IMG/VR virus record: IMGVR_UViG_3300027759_000067
Span: 1 to 64,000 of that record
DNA: 64,000 nucleotides
Reading direction: 5' to 3' (one strand)
DNA from: a virus
Both the position numbers and the translations under genes were made by a program. The notes under the pieces are model-generated. The model did no database searches, was not told where the DNA came from, and saw nothing but the letters and a program-made list of their open reading frames with translations. Shown piece by piece: positions 1-10,764 of the stretch. Each line of letters starts with the position of its first letter. Within the stretch, counting starts at the first letter, position 1.

Positions 1-372
1 TCGCAGGTGCTGCTACAACTACTACAATCGGATCACTATCTGGATCTACTAAAATTCAAAGTACAACTGTTTCCACTAGTACTACTACAGGTGCATTACA
101 AGTTGTAGGTGGCGTTGGAATTGGTGGAAATATCTATGTCGGCGGCAACCAGGTTGTTTTAGGAGATATTGAAATACGTGGTGGTGATATTACCACTGAT
201 CAAACTACATTTAATTTAGTAAACACCAATGCTACTACTGTTAATATCGCAGGTGCTGCTACAACTACTACAATCGGATCACTATCTGGATCTACTAAAA
301 TTCAAAGTACAACTGTTTCCACTAGTACTACTACAGGTGCATTACAAGTTGTAGGTGGCGTTGGAATTGGTG
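1..372 (+). repeat. Direct repeat of ~126 bp (1-126 and 247-372; period 246 nt = 82 codons) inside the fibre gene
   Basis: The identical string tcgcaggtgctgctacaact...ggcgttggaattggtgg occurs at both positions. Confidence 0.9.
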
Positions 373-2432
373 GCGCATTATATGTTAGTAGTATTGGATA
401 TGTTAATAATGCTGTAATTGTAACAACAGCAACATTATCATCACAGAGTGTGGTAGCAATTACTGCAGGAACAGATACCGCAGTTTCAACATCTACTGGG
501 TCAATTCTTATATGGAACACAAGTACTTTACAAAGTATAACAAACAGAGGGTCCTCAACTACTAATATAATATCTATTACAAATATTACTGCTGCTTCAA
601 GTACAATTACTGGTGCATTAAGAGTGTCAGGTGGAGTTGGCATCGGTGGTAGATTGTATGTAGGTGATAGACTTACAATAAGTAGCACACTAATAGCCGC
701 GTCAACAATTACTGGAGCACTTGTTGTTTCAGGCGGAGTTGGCATTGGTGGTAATTTATATGTTGGTGGAAATATTATTGGAGTAATTACTACTGCTACA
801 AATATTTCTGGTGGTGCTGCTGGACAAATACATTACCAATCTGCTACTGGAATTACTGGGTTTTCTAATGCAGGAACTGCAGGACAATTATTAATTAGTC
901 AAGGTACATCGGCTCCACTGTTTGTTAATACAACTTCATTTACAATTGGGTATTCAGCAAATGTAGCAGGAGGCGATACTGGTTCGTTGTTATATCAAAG
1001 TTCGCCTAGTACTACTAATTTTATTGGAATAGGTTCAGCAGGATCATTCTTAAGAAGCAATGGAACAACAGCTACTTTTGTTACTACTGCATCTATGTAT
1101 GTAGGAGCAGCAGTTACTGCTACCAATGTAGTAGGTGGTGCTGTTGGATCAATGATTTATCAAAGTGCGCCTGGCACAACTACAATGTTACCAATTGGAA
1201 CTGGCGGATATCTATTAACTTCTAATGGATCTGCACCAGAATGGACGGCATTAAGTGGATTATCTGCAGGAACTGCAACCAATGTTGCTATAACAAATGA
1301 AGTTAGTAGTGCCAATGTACACTATATTGCTTTCATGAATACAACCACTGGCGATAGTGGTGTTAGAACATCAGGTCCAACAAAATTAACATATGTACCA
1401 AATACTGGTGATTTAGGAGTTGGCGGTTCAATAAGAATTGCAAGTAATACTGCTGCTTCAAGTACAATTACAGGTGCATTACAAGTAGTTGGCGGAGTTG
1501 GCATAGGTGGAAATATCTATGTAGGTGGTGACATTACCACAAATCAAACTACATTTAATTTAGTAAACACTAATGCTACTACTGTTAATATTGCAGGCGC
1601 AGGAACAACTGTTAGTATTGGTGCTTCTACAGGCAATACAAATGTTAAAAATAATTTAATTGTAACAGGCAATTTAACTGTACAAGGAACAACTACCATT
1701 GTTGATAGCACAGTAACTAACATAGTTGATCCTATTATTACATTAGGAGGATTAGCTAACAATGCTCCTTATGTTGTAGCAGATTCTAAAGATAAAGGTA
1801 TTGCTTTTAAATATTGGGGTGCAAGCACTTCTAAAGTTGGATTTTTTGGTTATAATGAAAGTACAGGTGCGTTTACTTATCTACTAGATGCAAGCATTAC
1901 CAACGAAATAGTTAGTGGTACAACCGGAGCAATAGAAGTAAACTTATACGGTGGAACATTGAACTCACTAGTATATCAAAGTGCTCCTAATGTAACATCA
2001 TTCCTTGCTAATGCATCTACCTCAGGATATGTATTATCTTCCATTGCTGGATCTGTTCCATCTTGGGCTTCGTTAAGTTCATTAGGAGCAGGAAGTGCAA
2101 CTACCGCTACACATTTAGCATCAGGCACAGCTGGACAAGTTCCATATCAAACTTCTCCAGGTCAAACTAGTTTCTTTGGTCCCGGTACTACAGGTAATAT
2201 TTTAGTAAGTAACGGAACTAGCGCTCCTGCATACCAAAATACATTAACGTTAGCTGGTACTACTGCTGCAACAAATACCACAACAGGGGCATTGCAAGTT
2301 AAAGGCGGAGTTGGTGTGGGCGGAAACATTTATTCTGGTAATAGAATTGGCTGGACGTCAGCTACAAATGTTAGTGCTGTATATCAATATTACAATGCTG
2401 CTACAAATAGTTTAGATACGGTATTTGGTTAA
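3..2432 (+). CDS. Tail fibre-like virion protein, 5' truncated by the window edge
   Basis: The frame of ORF 450..2432 is open from position 3. Gly/Thr/Ser-rich with repeated 'TGALQVVGGVGIGGNIYVGG' fibre motifs. Confidence 0.75.
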   Translation, partial: AGAATTTTIGSLSGSTKIQSTTVSTSTTTGALQVVGGVGIGGNIYVGGNQVVLGDIEIRGGDITTDQTTFNLVNTNATTVNIAGAATTTTIGSLSGSTKIQSTTVSTSTTTGALQVVGGVGIGGALYVSSIGYVNNAVIVTTATLSSQSVVAITAGTDTAVSTSTGSILIWNTSTLQSITNRGSSTTNIISITNITAASSTITGALRVSGGVGIGGRLYVGDRLTISSTLIAASTITGALVVSGGVGIGGNLYVGGNIIGVITTATNISGGAAGQIHYQSATGITGFSNAGTAGQLLISQGTSAPLFVNTTSFTIGYSANVAGGDTGSLLYQSSPSTTNFIGIGSAGSFLRSNGTTATFVTTASMYVGAAVTATNVVGGAVGSMIYQSAPGTTTMLPIGTGGYLLTSNGSAPEWTALSGLSAGTATNVAITNEVSSANVHYIAFMNTTTGDSGVRTSGPTKLTYVPNTGDLGVGGSIRIASNTAASSTITGALQVVGGVGIGGNIYVGGDITTNQTTFNLVNTNATTVNIAGAGTTVSIGASTGNTNVKNNLIVTGNLTVQGTTTIVDSTVTNIVDPIITLGGLANNAPYVVADSKDKGIAFKYWGASTSKVGFFGYNESTGAFTYLLDASITNEIVSGTTGAIEVNLYGGTLNSLVYQSAPNVTSFLANASTSGYVLSSIAGSVPSWASLSSLGAGSATTATHLASGTAGQVPYQTSPGQTSFFGPGTTGNILVSNGTSAPAYQNTLTLAGTTAATNTTTGALQVKGGVGVGGNIYSGNRIGWTSATNVSAVYQYYNAATNSLDTVFG

Positions 2433-2655
2433 TATGCCTATACTAGCATCACGTTTAACCTCAACAGGTACACTGTTTATCAGTGGAGAATTTAACGAGG
2501 TTGCTCAATCAAGCATTAAACTTACTACTACATCATATTATGCTGCTATGTTTGATGAAGTTTCTATATACGGCAGCAGCGTGGCTAAACGTGAAACAAG
2601 TACAGGAACATTTTTGGTATCTAACGGCTTTGATGAAGTAAATAAGCCAGTATAA
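2425..2655 (+). CDS. Small fibre-associated hypothetical protein
   Basis: 76-aa ORF between two fibre genes, with an internal repeat (STGTLFISGEFNEV / STGTFLVSNGFDEV). Start may be ATG 2434. Confidence 0.6.
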   Translation: MVNMPILASRLTSTGTLFISGEFNEVAQSSIKLTTTSYYAAMFDEVSIYGSSVAKRETSTGTFLVSNGFDEVNKPV

Positions 2656-2676
2656 CAATTAGGTAAATATTAGACT

Positions 2677-5250
2677 ATGGCACAACTCTTATCTGGAACA
2701 AGAATATACGGAACTGGTACAGTAGATACCCGTCTAATAATTAGTGGAGGTACCAACTCTAGTTCAACTGCAACAGGCGCATTAAATGTTGTAGGTGGAA
2801 TTGGAGTTGGAGGTAATATTCACTTTGGCGGTAATTTATATCAAAATGGTAGTTTATTTGTATCAGGTGCTCAAGGTACTGCTGGTAGTCAAGGTACGCA
2901 AGGTGCTAACGGTGTTCAAGGTATAACCGGTACTGGTAGTCAGGGCACTACAGGTAGTCAAGGCACTACGGGTAGTCAGGGTATAACTGGTAGTCAAGGT
3001 ACTAATGGTGCTCAAGGTACTACAGGCAGTCAAGGTACTACAGGCAGTCAAGGTGCTCAAGGAGCAAATGGTGCTCAGGGAACATTAGGTACACAAGGTA
3101 CATTAGGTACACAAGGTGCTCAAGGCCCACAGGGCATTCAAGGTACACAAGGTGCTCAGGGTATTACAGGTGGTCAAGGTACGCAAGGTGCTCAGGGTAT
3201 TACAGGTGGTCAAGGTACGCAAGGTGCTCAAGGATATCAAGGTGTTCAAGGACAAGCAGGTAATGTTCAAGGAGCAAATGGTAGTCAAGGCACCCAAGGA
3301 GCAAATGGTAGTCAAGGCACCCAAGGAACCCAGGGGCCACAGGGTATTCAAGGTAACTTTGGTACTCAAGGTACCGCAGGTGCTCAAGGTACATTAGGTA
3401 CACAAGGTACATTAGGTGCTCAAGGTACTACAGGTAGTCAGGGAACTCAAGGAGCAAATGGTGCTCAGGGAACTCAAGGAGCAAATGGTGCTCAGGGAAC
3501 TCAAGGTACATTAGGTACACAAGGCACACAAGGTGTACAAGGAAATAACGGAGTAGGATATGATGGTGTAACATCTACAACATCTGCTACACCAGCTGCT
3601 ACTGGAACAATTACATTGACTACTAATAAGCAAGGTGCATTTGTTACAGGTAGTCGAGTACGTGCGGTTAATAATGTATCAAATTTCTTTGAAGGCACTG
3701 TGACCATTACTGCTGGAACAACTTTTGCCATAGCTGCTGATTATAATGTAGGTACAACCACTGCTGCTAGTTGGACAATCACTGACGCTGGTGCTCGAGG
3801 TACTCAAGGTACACAGGGTGCTAATGGAAGTCAAGGAACTCAAGGAACTCAAGGAACCCAGGGGCCACAGGGTATTCAAGGTAACTTTGGTACTCAAGGT
3901 AACTTTGGTACTCAAGGTACATTAGGTACACAAGGTACATTAGGTGCTCAAGGTACTACAGGTAGTCAGGGAACTCAAGGAGCAAATGGTGCTCAGGGAA
4001 CTCAAGGCACCCAAGGAACCCAGGGGCCACAAGGTATTCAAGGTACATTAGGTACACAAGGTACACAAGGTATTCAAGGAAGTAATGGAGTAGGATATGA
4101 TGGAGTAACATCTACAACATCTGCTACACCAGCTGCTACTGGAACAATTACATTGACTACTAATAAGCAAGGTGCATTTGTTACAGGTAGTCGAGTACGT
4201 GCGGTTAATAGTGTAGCTAATTTCTTTGAAGGCACTGTGACCATTACTGGCAGCACAAGTTTTGCCATAGCTGCTGATTATAATGTAGGTACAAATTTTG
4301 CTACTTCGTGGACAATCACTGCCGCTGGTGCTCGCGGTGCTCAAGGTACTAATGGTAGTCAAGGTACCTTGGGTGCTCAAGGTACTAATGGTAGTCAAGG
4401 TACTTTGGGTGCTCAAGGTACTTTGGGTGCTCAAGGCACAGCTGGCACTGGTCTAAGTGCAGGCACGGCACAACAAGTTATCTTTAAAGATGCTTCAAAT
4501 GTAATAGCCGGTGATGCTAACTTATTATGGGCATTAAATGGCGTTGCTGCTGGAACAAAAACATTGTATATCGGCGGACCAGCAGGTACTAATAACTATG
4601 GTACATTTGCTAAATCACATAATTTTGCTACAAATAGCTCAATATTTGATTCAACAACTGGTGATAGATTAGATTTTGCTGTACAAGGCTCATCTAGGAT
4701 GTACTTGACCAGAGATGAGTTTGCTGTTCAAGCGCAAGGTGTAATACGAGCATCAGGGTTTGGCGGCAACACCGCGGCAGGACTACTGCGTTTTGGAGCC
4801 ACAGGTAGTGCAACTTATTTGGCCTATGATGCTGCCAATGTCAGCACCCTCGGCGTAGGATTTTTCTTTGCAGGTGGAGATGTAATTGTAGGAAACAGTA
4901 GAAATCTCAATGTAACTGGAGATATTGTTGCTCACTTTTCTTCTGATCAACGATTAAAAACCAACATTGAATTAATTACTGACGCTGTTAATAAAGTAGG
5001 TAAACTTGACGGGGTTACTTATAATTGGAATGAATTAGCCAACCAAATTGATAATAACAAAAAAACTAATGTAAGAGAATCTGGCCTGATTGCTCAACAA
5101 GTAGAAGCAGTATTACCAGAAGTAGTAGCCACAAGAGAAAATGGATATATGGCTGTTAAATATGAAAAAGTTGTTCCATTATTAGTTGAAGCTATCAAAG
5201 AACTTACCGGTCGGGTTGAAAAACTTGAAAAACAAGTAAAATTACTATAG
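2677..5250 (+). CDS. Collagen-like (Gly-X-Y) tail fibre with C-terminal peptidase S74 intramolecular chaperone domain
   Basis: Long GTQ/GAQ/GSQ triplet runs. C-terminal 'SSDQRLKTNI...GLIAQQVEAVLPEVV...YEKVVPLLVEAIKEL' is the S74 autochaperone signature. Confidence 0.9.
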   Translation: MAQLLSGTRIYGTGTVDTRLIISGGTNSSSTATGALNVVGGIGVGGNIHFGGNLYQNGSLFVSGAQGTAGSQGTQGANGVQGITGTGSQGTTGSQGTTGSQGITGSQGTNGAQGTTGSQGTTGSQGAQGANGAQGTLGTQGTLGTQGAQGPQGIQGTQGAQGITGGQGTQGAQGITGGQGTQGAQGYQGVQGQAGNVQGANGSQGTQGANGSQGTQGTQGPQGIQGNFGTQGTAGAQGTLGTQGTLGAQGTTGSQGTQGANGAQGTQGANGAQGTQGTLGTQGTQGVQGNNGVGYDGVTSTTSATPAATGTITLTTNKQGAFVTGSRVRAVNNVSNFFEGTVTITAGTTFAIAADYNVGTTTAASWTITDAGARGTQGTQGANGSQGTQGTQGTQGPQGIQGNFGTQGNFGTQGTLGTQGTLGAQGTTGSQGTQGANGAQGTQGTQGTQGPQGIQGTLGTQGTQGIQGSNGVGYDGVTSTTSATPAATGTITLTTNKQGAFVTGSRVRAVNSVANFFEGTVTITGSTSFAIAADYNVGTNFATSWTITAAGARGAQGTNGSQGTLGAQGTNGSQGTLGAQGTLGAQGTAGTGLSAGTAQQVIFKDASNVIAGDANLLWALNGVAAGTKTLYIGGPAGTNNYGTFAKSHNFATNSSIFDSTTGDRLDFAVQGSSRMYLTRDEFAVQAQGVIRASGFGGNTAAGLLRFGATGSATYLAYDAANVSTLGVGFFFAGGDVIVGNSRNLNVTGDIVAHFSSDQRLKTNIELITDAVNKVGKLDGVTYNWNELANQIDNNKKTNVRESGLIAQQVEAVLPEVVATRENGYMAVKYEKVVPLLVEAIKELTGRVEKLEKQVKLL
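3550..4340 (+). repeat. Internal duplication of a ~250-bp globular module in the collagen fibre (copies start at 3550 and 4087)
   Basis: GVGYDGVTSTTSATPAATGTITLTTNKQGAFVTGSRVRAVN occurs twice, nearly identical at DNA level. Confidence 0.9.
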
Positions 5251-5314
5251 GAATTTAAAAACAGATCAGTTATAATTAACAGAGTATATTATACTAATAA
5301 ATAAAAGCTCTGTT

Positions 5315-6295
5315 ATGACAAATCTTGCAAAATTCGCTTTAGAAAAAGGTGGAAGTATCCACCCACTTATTATTCCATCAATGCTTACCAATGGTACAGG
5401 ATTGATGAACCCCTCCATCTTACTTGACAATGGTAAAATAATAGTTAATATTCGACATGTTAACTATACATTTTTTCATTCTGAAAAGAAACTATTTCAA
5501 CATCCTTGGGGACCACTTACATATCTGCATCCTGAAAACGATATTCATCTTAGGACAGACAATTATTATTGTGAACTCAATGATAAATTTGAAATTACAC
5601 GTTATAATAAAGTAGACACATCAGCGTTTGATAACTATGAACCAATGTGGGACTTTGTAGGTCTCGAAGATGCAAGACTAATGCGTTGGGATGGAAAATT
5701 ATATATTTCAGGTGTACGTAGAGATACAACTACAAATGGTCAAGGACGTATGGAACTTTCTGAAATTGTAGTCACCAACGATGCAGTTAAAGAAATATCT
5801 AGATTTAGAATTCCACCTCCTAAAGATTTAAATTCTTATTGCGAAAAGAACTGGATGCCGGTTTTAGATATGCCCTATCATTACGTAAAATGGACAAATC
5901 CAACAGAGTTAGTAAGTGTTGATCCAATCAATAAAACTTCTAAGACAGAATATCTAAGTGGATCAATCTCATTGCCGAGAGATATACGAGGCGGCACACA
6001 AGTAATGGAATTTGACGGACATTATATAGCATTAACTCACGAAGTAGATTTATTTCAAAGTGAAGCTGGTCGTAAGGATGCTGTCTATAGACATAGGTTT
6101 ATTGTTTGGGATAAAAATTGGAATATAGTAAAACATACTTCTGATTTTTCTATTATGGACGCTCACGTTGAATTTGCTGTAGGTATTTGTAAATTACAAG
6201 ATGACATATTAATTACTTTTGGTTTTCAAGATAATGCTGCGTATTTGTTAAAAATTCCAGCTACAGTACTGGCTGATTTTATAAATTCTAACTGA
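5315..6295 (+). CDS. Predicted glycoside hydrolase-like beta-propeller protein (GH130/GH43-like)
   Basis: Motifs 'MNPSI', 'GLEDARL', 'EKNWMP', 'RGGT', 'VEFAVG', 'ITFGFQD'. Confidence 0.6.
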   Translation: MTNLAKFALEKGGSIHPLIIPSMLTNGTGLMNPSILLDNGKIIVNIRHVNYTFFHSEKKLFQHPWGPLTYLHPENDIHLRTDNYYCELNDKFEITRYNKVDTSAFDNYEPMWDFVGLEDARLMRWDGKLYISGVRRDTTTNGQGRMELSEIVVTNDAVKEISRFRIPPPKDLNSYCEKNWMPVLDMPYHYVKWTNPTELVSVDPINKTSKTEYLSGSISLPRDIRGGTQVMEFDGHYIALTHEVDLFQSEAGRKDAVYRHRFIVWDKNWNIVKHTSDFSIMDAHVEFAVGICKLQDDILITFGFQDNAAYLLKIPATVLADFINSN

Positions 6296-6302
6296 GTAAT
6301 GT

Positions 6303-8147
6303 ATGAATAGAACAGACATAATAAATTATTATATTGAAAAAACAAATGCTAAATCTTATTTAGAAATTGGAATTTCTGGTGGTGAAAATTTTGCCAAAAT
6401 TATTTGTAATAATAAAGTTGGAGTAGATCCAAGTCCAACTTCTCCTGCAACTATACATTTAACTTCCGATGATTTCTTTATTGAAAATAAAAATTCATTT
6501 GATGTAATTTTTATTGATGGGTTACATCATGCTGATCAAGTTGAAAAAGATATCTTAAATTCTTTAAACGTACTAAATGATGGCGGTGTAATTGTATGTC
6601 ATGATATGAAACCAGAAACAGAAAATGCTCAAATTATTCCATATCGTGGCGGCGAATGGAATGGCAATTGCTGGCGTGCATTTGTTAGTCTAAGACAAAC
6701 TCGCTCGGATTTAGAAATGTTTACCATTGACTGCGACCAAGGTGTATCGGTTATTACTCAAGGTAAACAAGACTTACTAAAAATTAATGGAGAAATAAAT
6801 TATGAAAATTTCTCAAAGAATAAAACAGAATGGCTAAATTTAATATCAGTGGATAAATTTAGTGAACGTATGAATATAAAAATGGATAACAATAACCTTA
6901 CACTTCTAATTAACAAATTTATATTAGACCCAGCAAATCCAGAAAATAACTTTGCACTGGCTATATATTACAATTATATAGGACAAACAGCATCTGCTGT
7001 ATCTTATTATATAAGAACAGCAGAAAGAACAGATAGCGATCTTTTGAAATACGAGTGTTTAATTAGAGCTGCTAGGTGCTTTGAATCTCAAGGAACAAGA
7101 GCATTTTCTGTAAAAGGATTGTTGCAACACGCTATATCGTTAATTCCTACTCGACCAGAAGCATATTATTTTTTAAGCAGAATACATGAAACATCCAAAG
7201 GCGATGGAGATATGTTTTCGTGTTATATGTTATCATCTATTGGATTGGGTGTTTGTGATTTTGATCCTCCTAGTTTAAGAACAGATGTTGGGTATCCAGG
7301 AAAATATGGATTACTATTTGAAAAAGCTGTTAGCAGTTGGTGGTGCGGATTATGTGATGAATCTAAGAATTTATTTAAAGATTTATTAAACAACTACGAG
7401 CTTGATGATACACATAGACAAGCTGTAATTAAAAATCTTAAATTTTTTAATATAACACATACAAAAGAATTAACATTATTCAATAAAGAAAAACATCAGC
7501 AATTAAGAGTAAAGTTTGCTGATTCAGATAAAATAGAAAAGAACTATGCTGAATCTTATCAAGATATGTTTGTATTGACTATGTTAAATGGAAAAAGAAA
7601 TGGTACATATTTAGAAATAGGTGCAGCAAATCCATTCTATGGAAATAATACAGCATTGTTAGAACAGAATTATAATTGGAAAGGTGTATCTTTGGATATT
7701 GAACAGCAGTTTGTTGATGCATTTTCAAAAGAAAGAAAGAATCCATGTTTGTTAAAAGATGCTACATTGATAAACTATGACAGATTTTTAACTGGGTTAG
7801 ATTTCCCTACTGATATAGATTATCTCCAATTAGATTGCGATCCACCTGACGTTACATATAAAATATTATTATCTATACCTTTTGAAAAATATAGATTTGC
7901 TACTATAACTTATGAACACGATTACTACTGTGATGAATCAAAGAGCTTTAGAGAAAAATCAAGAAAGTATTTAGAATCATTTGGATACATTATGGTTGCA
8001 GGAGATATTGCACCAGACGACTGGCGTAATTACGAAGATTGGTGGATACATCCAGACTTAGTAAGCAAAACTATTTTAAATCAGATGTTAAACACCGATG
8101 CAGCCACTAAAAAAGCCGAAGAATATATGTTAATGGAGAAAAAATGA
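6303..8147 (+). CDS. Fusion of class I SAM methyltransferase, TPR region and FkbM-like methyltransferase
   Basis: N-terminal 'YLEIG...FDVIFIDGLH...GGVIVCHD'; central 'PTRPEAYY' TPR-like helices; C-terminal 'QDMFV...GTYLEIGA...IDYLQLDCD...YEHD'. Confidence 0.75.
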   Translation: MNRTDIINYYIEKTNAKSYLEIGISGGENFAKIICNNKVGVDPSPTSPATIHLTSDDFFIENKNSFDVIFIDGLHHADQVEKDILNSLNVLNDGGVIVCHDMKPETENAQIIPYRGGEWNGNCWRAFVSLRQTRSDLEMFTIDCDQGVSVITQGKQDLLKINGEINYENFSKNKTEWLNLISVDKFSERMNIKMDNNNLTLLINKFILDPANPENNFALAIYYNYIGQTASAVSYYIRTAERTDSDLLKYECLIRAARCFESQGTRAFSVKGLLQHAISLIPTRPEAYYFLSRIHETSKGDGDMFSCYMLSSIGLGVCDFDPPSLRTDVGYPGKYGLLFEKAVSSWWCGLCDESKNLFKDLLNNYELDDTHRQAVIKNLKFFNITHTKELTLFNKEKHQQLRVKFADSDKIEKNYAESYQDMFVLTMLNGKRNGTYLEIGAANPFYGNNTALLEQNYNWKGVSLDIEQQFVDAFSKERKNPCLLKDATLINYDRFLTGLDFPTDIDYLQLDCDPPDVTYKILLSIPFEKYRFATITYEHDYYCDESKSFREKSRKYLESFGYIMVAGDIAPDDWRNYEDWWIHPDLVSKTILNQMLNTDAATKKAEEYMLMEKK

Positions 8148-8929
8148 ATAGTATACCAGTAATAGGAACTGCGGTAGTTAACAGCACATTTTGGGTATCT
8201 AGACTATTAATGAGTATAGATTACCCTGTTGATAACTTTGTTATTATCAATAATAATGGTAGAGGCGAACTAGATCACGAGTTAGATAATCTAAAAAAGA
8301 TGAATCACAAATTTGTTAAAAATATAGTAGTGTCTCATCTTCCTGCAAATATAGGATGTGGCGGCGCCTGGAATCTTATAATAAAATGTTATATGAATAG
8401 CCCTTATTGGGTTATGGTCAATGATGACGTAGCATTCGGTATTGGTATGTTAGAAGAAATGGCCACTTATGCCAACGAAGATCCTACTATAGGAATAATA
8501 CACGCTCACCCAGGCGATTTTAATGTAGGAAGTTGGGATTTATTTTTAATAAGAGATTTTATTATACAAGAATTTGGCCTCTTTGACGAAAACTTATATC
8601 CTGCATATTGTGAAGATGCTGATTATATAATGCGATTAATTCACAGACCTATTAGAAAATTAATGTCGTTGAATAAGACATATTATCATGGGTTTGGTGA
8701 ACGTGGAGAATATCTAGAACATGGAAAACAAACTCAAAAAACAGACCCGTCATTGATAGATAAGTTAGCAAGTGTTAATATTACTAATTTTGAGTATATG
8801 AATAAAAAATGGGGACCAGGATGGAGGGTTTGTGAACCAACAAAAGTACCATTTGAAAATGAAGAAAAACTCATATCACATACCACTTTTGATTTAGGAT
8901 TTGCCAGACAGAAGAATTTAGGATTTTAA
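8144..8929 (+). CDS. Glycosyltransferase family 2
   Basis: 'VIINNN', 'NIGCGGAWN', 'VNDD', 'GLFDENLYPAYCEDADY'. Confidence 0.8.
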   Translation: MNSIPVIGTAVVNSTFWVSRLLMSIDYPVDNFVIINNNGRGELDHELDNLKKMNHKFVKNIVVSHLPANIGCGGAWNLIIKCYMNSPYWVMVNDDVAFGIGMLEEMATYANEDPTIGIIHAHPGDFNVGSWDLFLIRDFIIQEFGLFDENLYPAYCEDADYIMRLIHRPIRKLMSLNKTYYHGFGERGEYLEHGKQTQKTDPSLIDKLASVNITNFEYMNKKWGPGWRVCEPTKVPFENEEKLISHTTFDLGFARQKNLGF

Positions 8930-9366
8930 AATAAATCCAATAATAATTCTAGTTTAGCTCTGATAATTTTATTATTAAAAGAGTTCTTTACTGCCCTATG
9001 TAAGGGTTTTGGCCATTGATCATAACTAGCCCAAGAATATCCATCGTGTTCTTCATTTAATGATGGAATAAATTCTCGATCAACTACTAGCACATAGGTA
9101 TTATACTGAAACTGTTGGTCGTTACTGATAAACAATTCTAAAGGAATTACTTTTTTTATAGTGGGCGTTTTGCCCACTTCTTCTTGTATTTCTCTGGTAA
9201 GAGCATCAAAGGGTGTACTATCAGATGGTTCTTTTTTACCACCGACTAATCCCCATGTACCTGCTGTTTTAGTCTGTGTTCTTGACAGTAATAAAAATCG
9301 TTTGGTATCTTTGGCAAGGAATAATCCACCACTACATATTACTTGATTTATAAAACTAGTCTCCAT
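8926..9366 (-). CDS. NUDIX hydrolase
   Basis: Nudix box 'GGKKEPSDSTPFDALTREIQEEVG'. Confidence 0.9.
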   Translation of the reverse strand: METSFINQVICSGGLFLAKDTKRFLLLSRTQTKTAGTWGLVGGKKEPSDSTPFDALTREIQEEVGKTPTIKKVIPLELFISNDQQFQYNTYVLVVDREFIPSLNEEHDGYSWASYDQWPKPLHRAVKNSFNNKIIRAKLELLLDLF

Positions 9367-10745
9367 AATGCTGCACTATAAACGCCCTCGTAACTCTTGC
9401 TCCATGATCCGCTTTCCCATTTGTATTGTGTGTTTGTATATGAATTAGTTATATATACAACAGTCTTATAGACTGCAGAACTGAATACTATATTCCAGTT
9501 AGTACCATTCCATTCAATTATATCATTGGCAAATGCTTGAAAATCACTACCGTCTGAATTTTGCCATGCAACTGGCCCTTGGTATCCTGGTTTTCCAAAT
9601 TGTGTATTATTATTAATATCTTCTAATATCAAATATCGTGTACCTGATGCAACTGTACCTGGATTATATGTCTCGGGGTTTATAACAGCATCAACAGTTC
9701 CTCTACCTGCAATAGTTGTATTGCTAGGAACGGTATCTATATTGATATTCAATCTCATGGCAAAATCATCACTAGGATCTAAGCTCATATAAGCAATAAC
9801 TTCGTTGCCATCGGATTGTGCAAATCTTAATTCACTTAATCCTGCCCTAAATTTTCCAGGATATAAATCTAATATTTTTAACCAAGACGCTGTATTCTTA
9901 GGAGATGTGATGTCTATGTTTTCTCCCATTCCGTTTGCATTTATAAGTCTTGCAGTATTGTTTAAAACTAATAAATCAAAATTACCTGGTGTTATGATCA
10001 CTGACGAATCTGGAGAAATATTTGAAAATACTTCTGCGGCCTGTGCTTGATCATATACAGATGCAATTGTTCCCTGTGCATTACTGGCAAATATATTAGA
10101 TATAATTTTAGTAATAACACCTAACTTCTTCACTTTAGCTGGAGGAGTTATCCATATTGGTGTATCAAATGTCATAGTCATTATATCAATATCTTCAGTA
10201 ACACCCTGTGGTATTTGTCTACTAGTAAAATTTACATCATCTAATCTAATGGTACTCAAGCTGGTCCAATCTAGATAATTGTCTGTAGTTTGTATTTCAA
10301 AACTTGGAGTAAAGAAAACTGCAATCTGTTCAAATATCTGTAATTTTTGATCTGTACTAGTGGCCCATATATCTGCATTTAATGTTAACTTGTAAGGACT
10401 TGGCATAATACGCTCTATGGTAAAATTGCTACCTTTAGTATCTAAATATTGATTAGTATTTTCATCAATGGCTCGTTCAATAACATTAATCTTACTAATG
10501 TATGTAGGGTCTTGTAAGCGCTCTCTATCAAATTCTAACTCTTTAATATAACAAGAAATAAAAGGAGCACTTGGAATTGCATTCTCGCTGTTTTTTCTCA
10601 ATATTTGACCAACTTGTCTGGTCATATCGCCATAGCGAACAGGGACTTGCACTAGATTGCCTTTGGCATCCTTGTAGGCAAAATTGCTGAATATCTGAAT
10701 AAATTGTGTCAAATATCTACGTATTTGACCGTCATAGAAGTAGTC
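9348..10745 (-). CDS. Tail sheath stabiliser / tail completion protein (T4 gp15-like); start codon unresolved
   Basis: The gp15-type N-terminus DYFYDGQIRRYLTQF begins at 10745, upstream of the TTG at 10712. Also 'VPVRYG', 'PSPYKL', 'QIFEQIAVFFTP'. Confidence 0.7.
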   Translation of the reverse strand, partial: DYFYDGQIRRYLTQFIQIFSNFAYKDAKGNLVQVPVRYGDMTRQVGQILRKNSENAIPSAPFISCYIKELEFDRERLQDPTYISKINVIERAIDENTNQYLDTKGSNFTIERIMPSPYKLTLNADIWATSTDQKLQIFEQIAVFFTPSFEIQTTDNYLDWTSLSTIRLDDVNFTSRQIPQGVTEDIDIMTMTFDTPIWITPPAKVKKLGVITKIISNIFASNAQGTIASVYDQAQAAEVFSNISPDSSVIITPGNFDLLVLNNTARLINANGMGENIDITSPKNTASWLKILDLYPGKFRAGLSELRFAQSDGNEVIAYMSLDPSDDFAMRLNINIDTVPSNTTIAGRGTVDAVINPETYNPGTVASGTRYLILEDINNNTQFGKPGYQGPVAWQNSDGSDFQAFANDIIEWNGTNWNIVFSSAVYKTVVYITNSYTNTQYKWESGSWSKSYEGVYSAALWRLVL

Positions 10746-10764
10746 CGATTTAGTACAGTCGGTG

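Noticed and set aside
2863-4434. Antisense and alternate-frame ORFs over the collagen gene
   Set aside because: They are shadows of Gly-X-Y codon periodicity.
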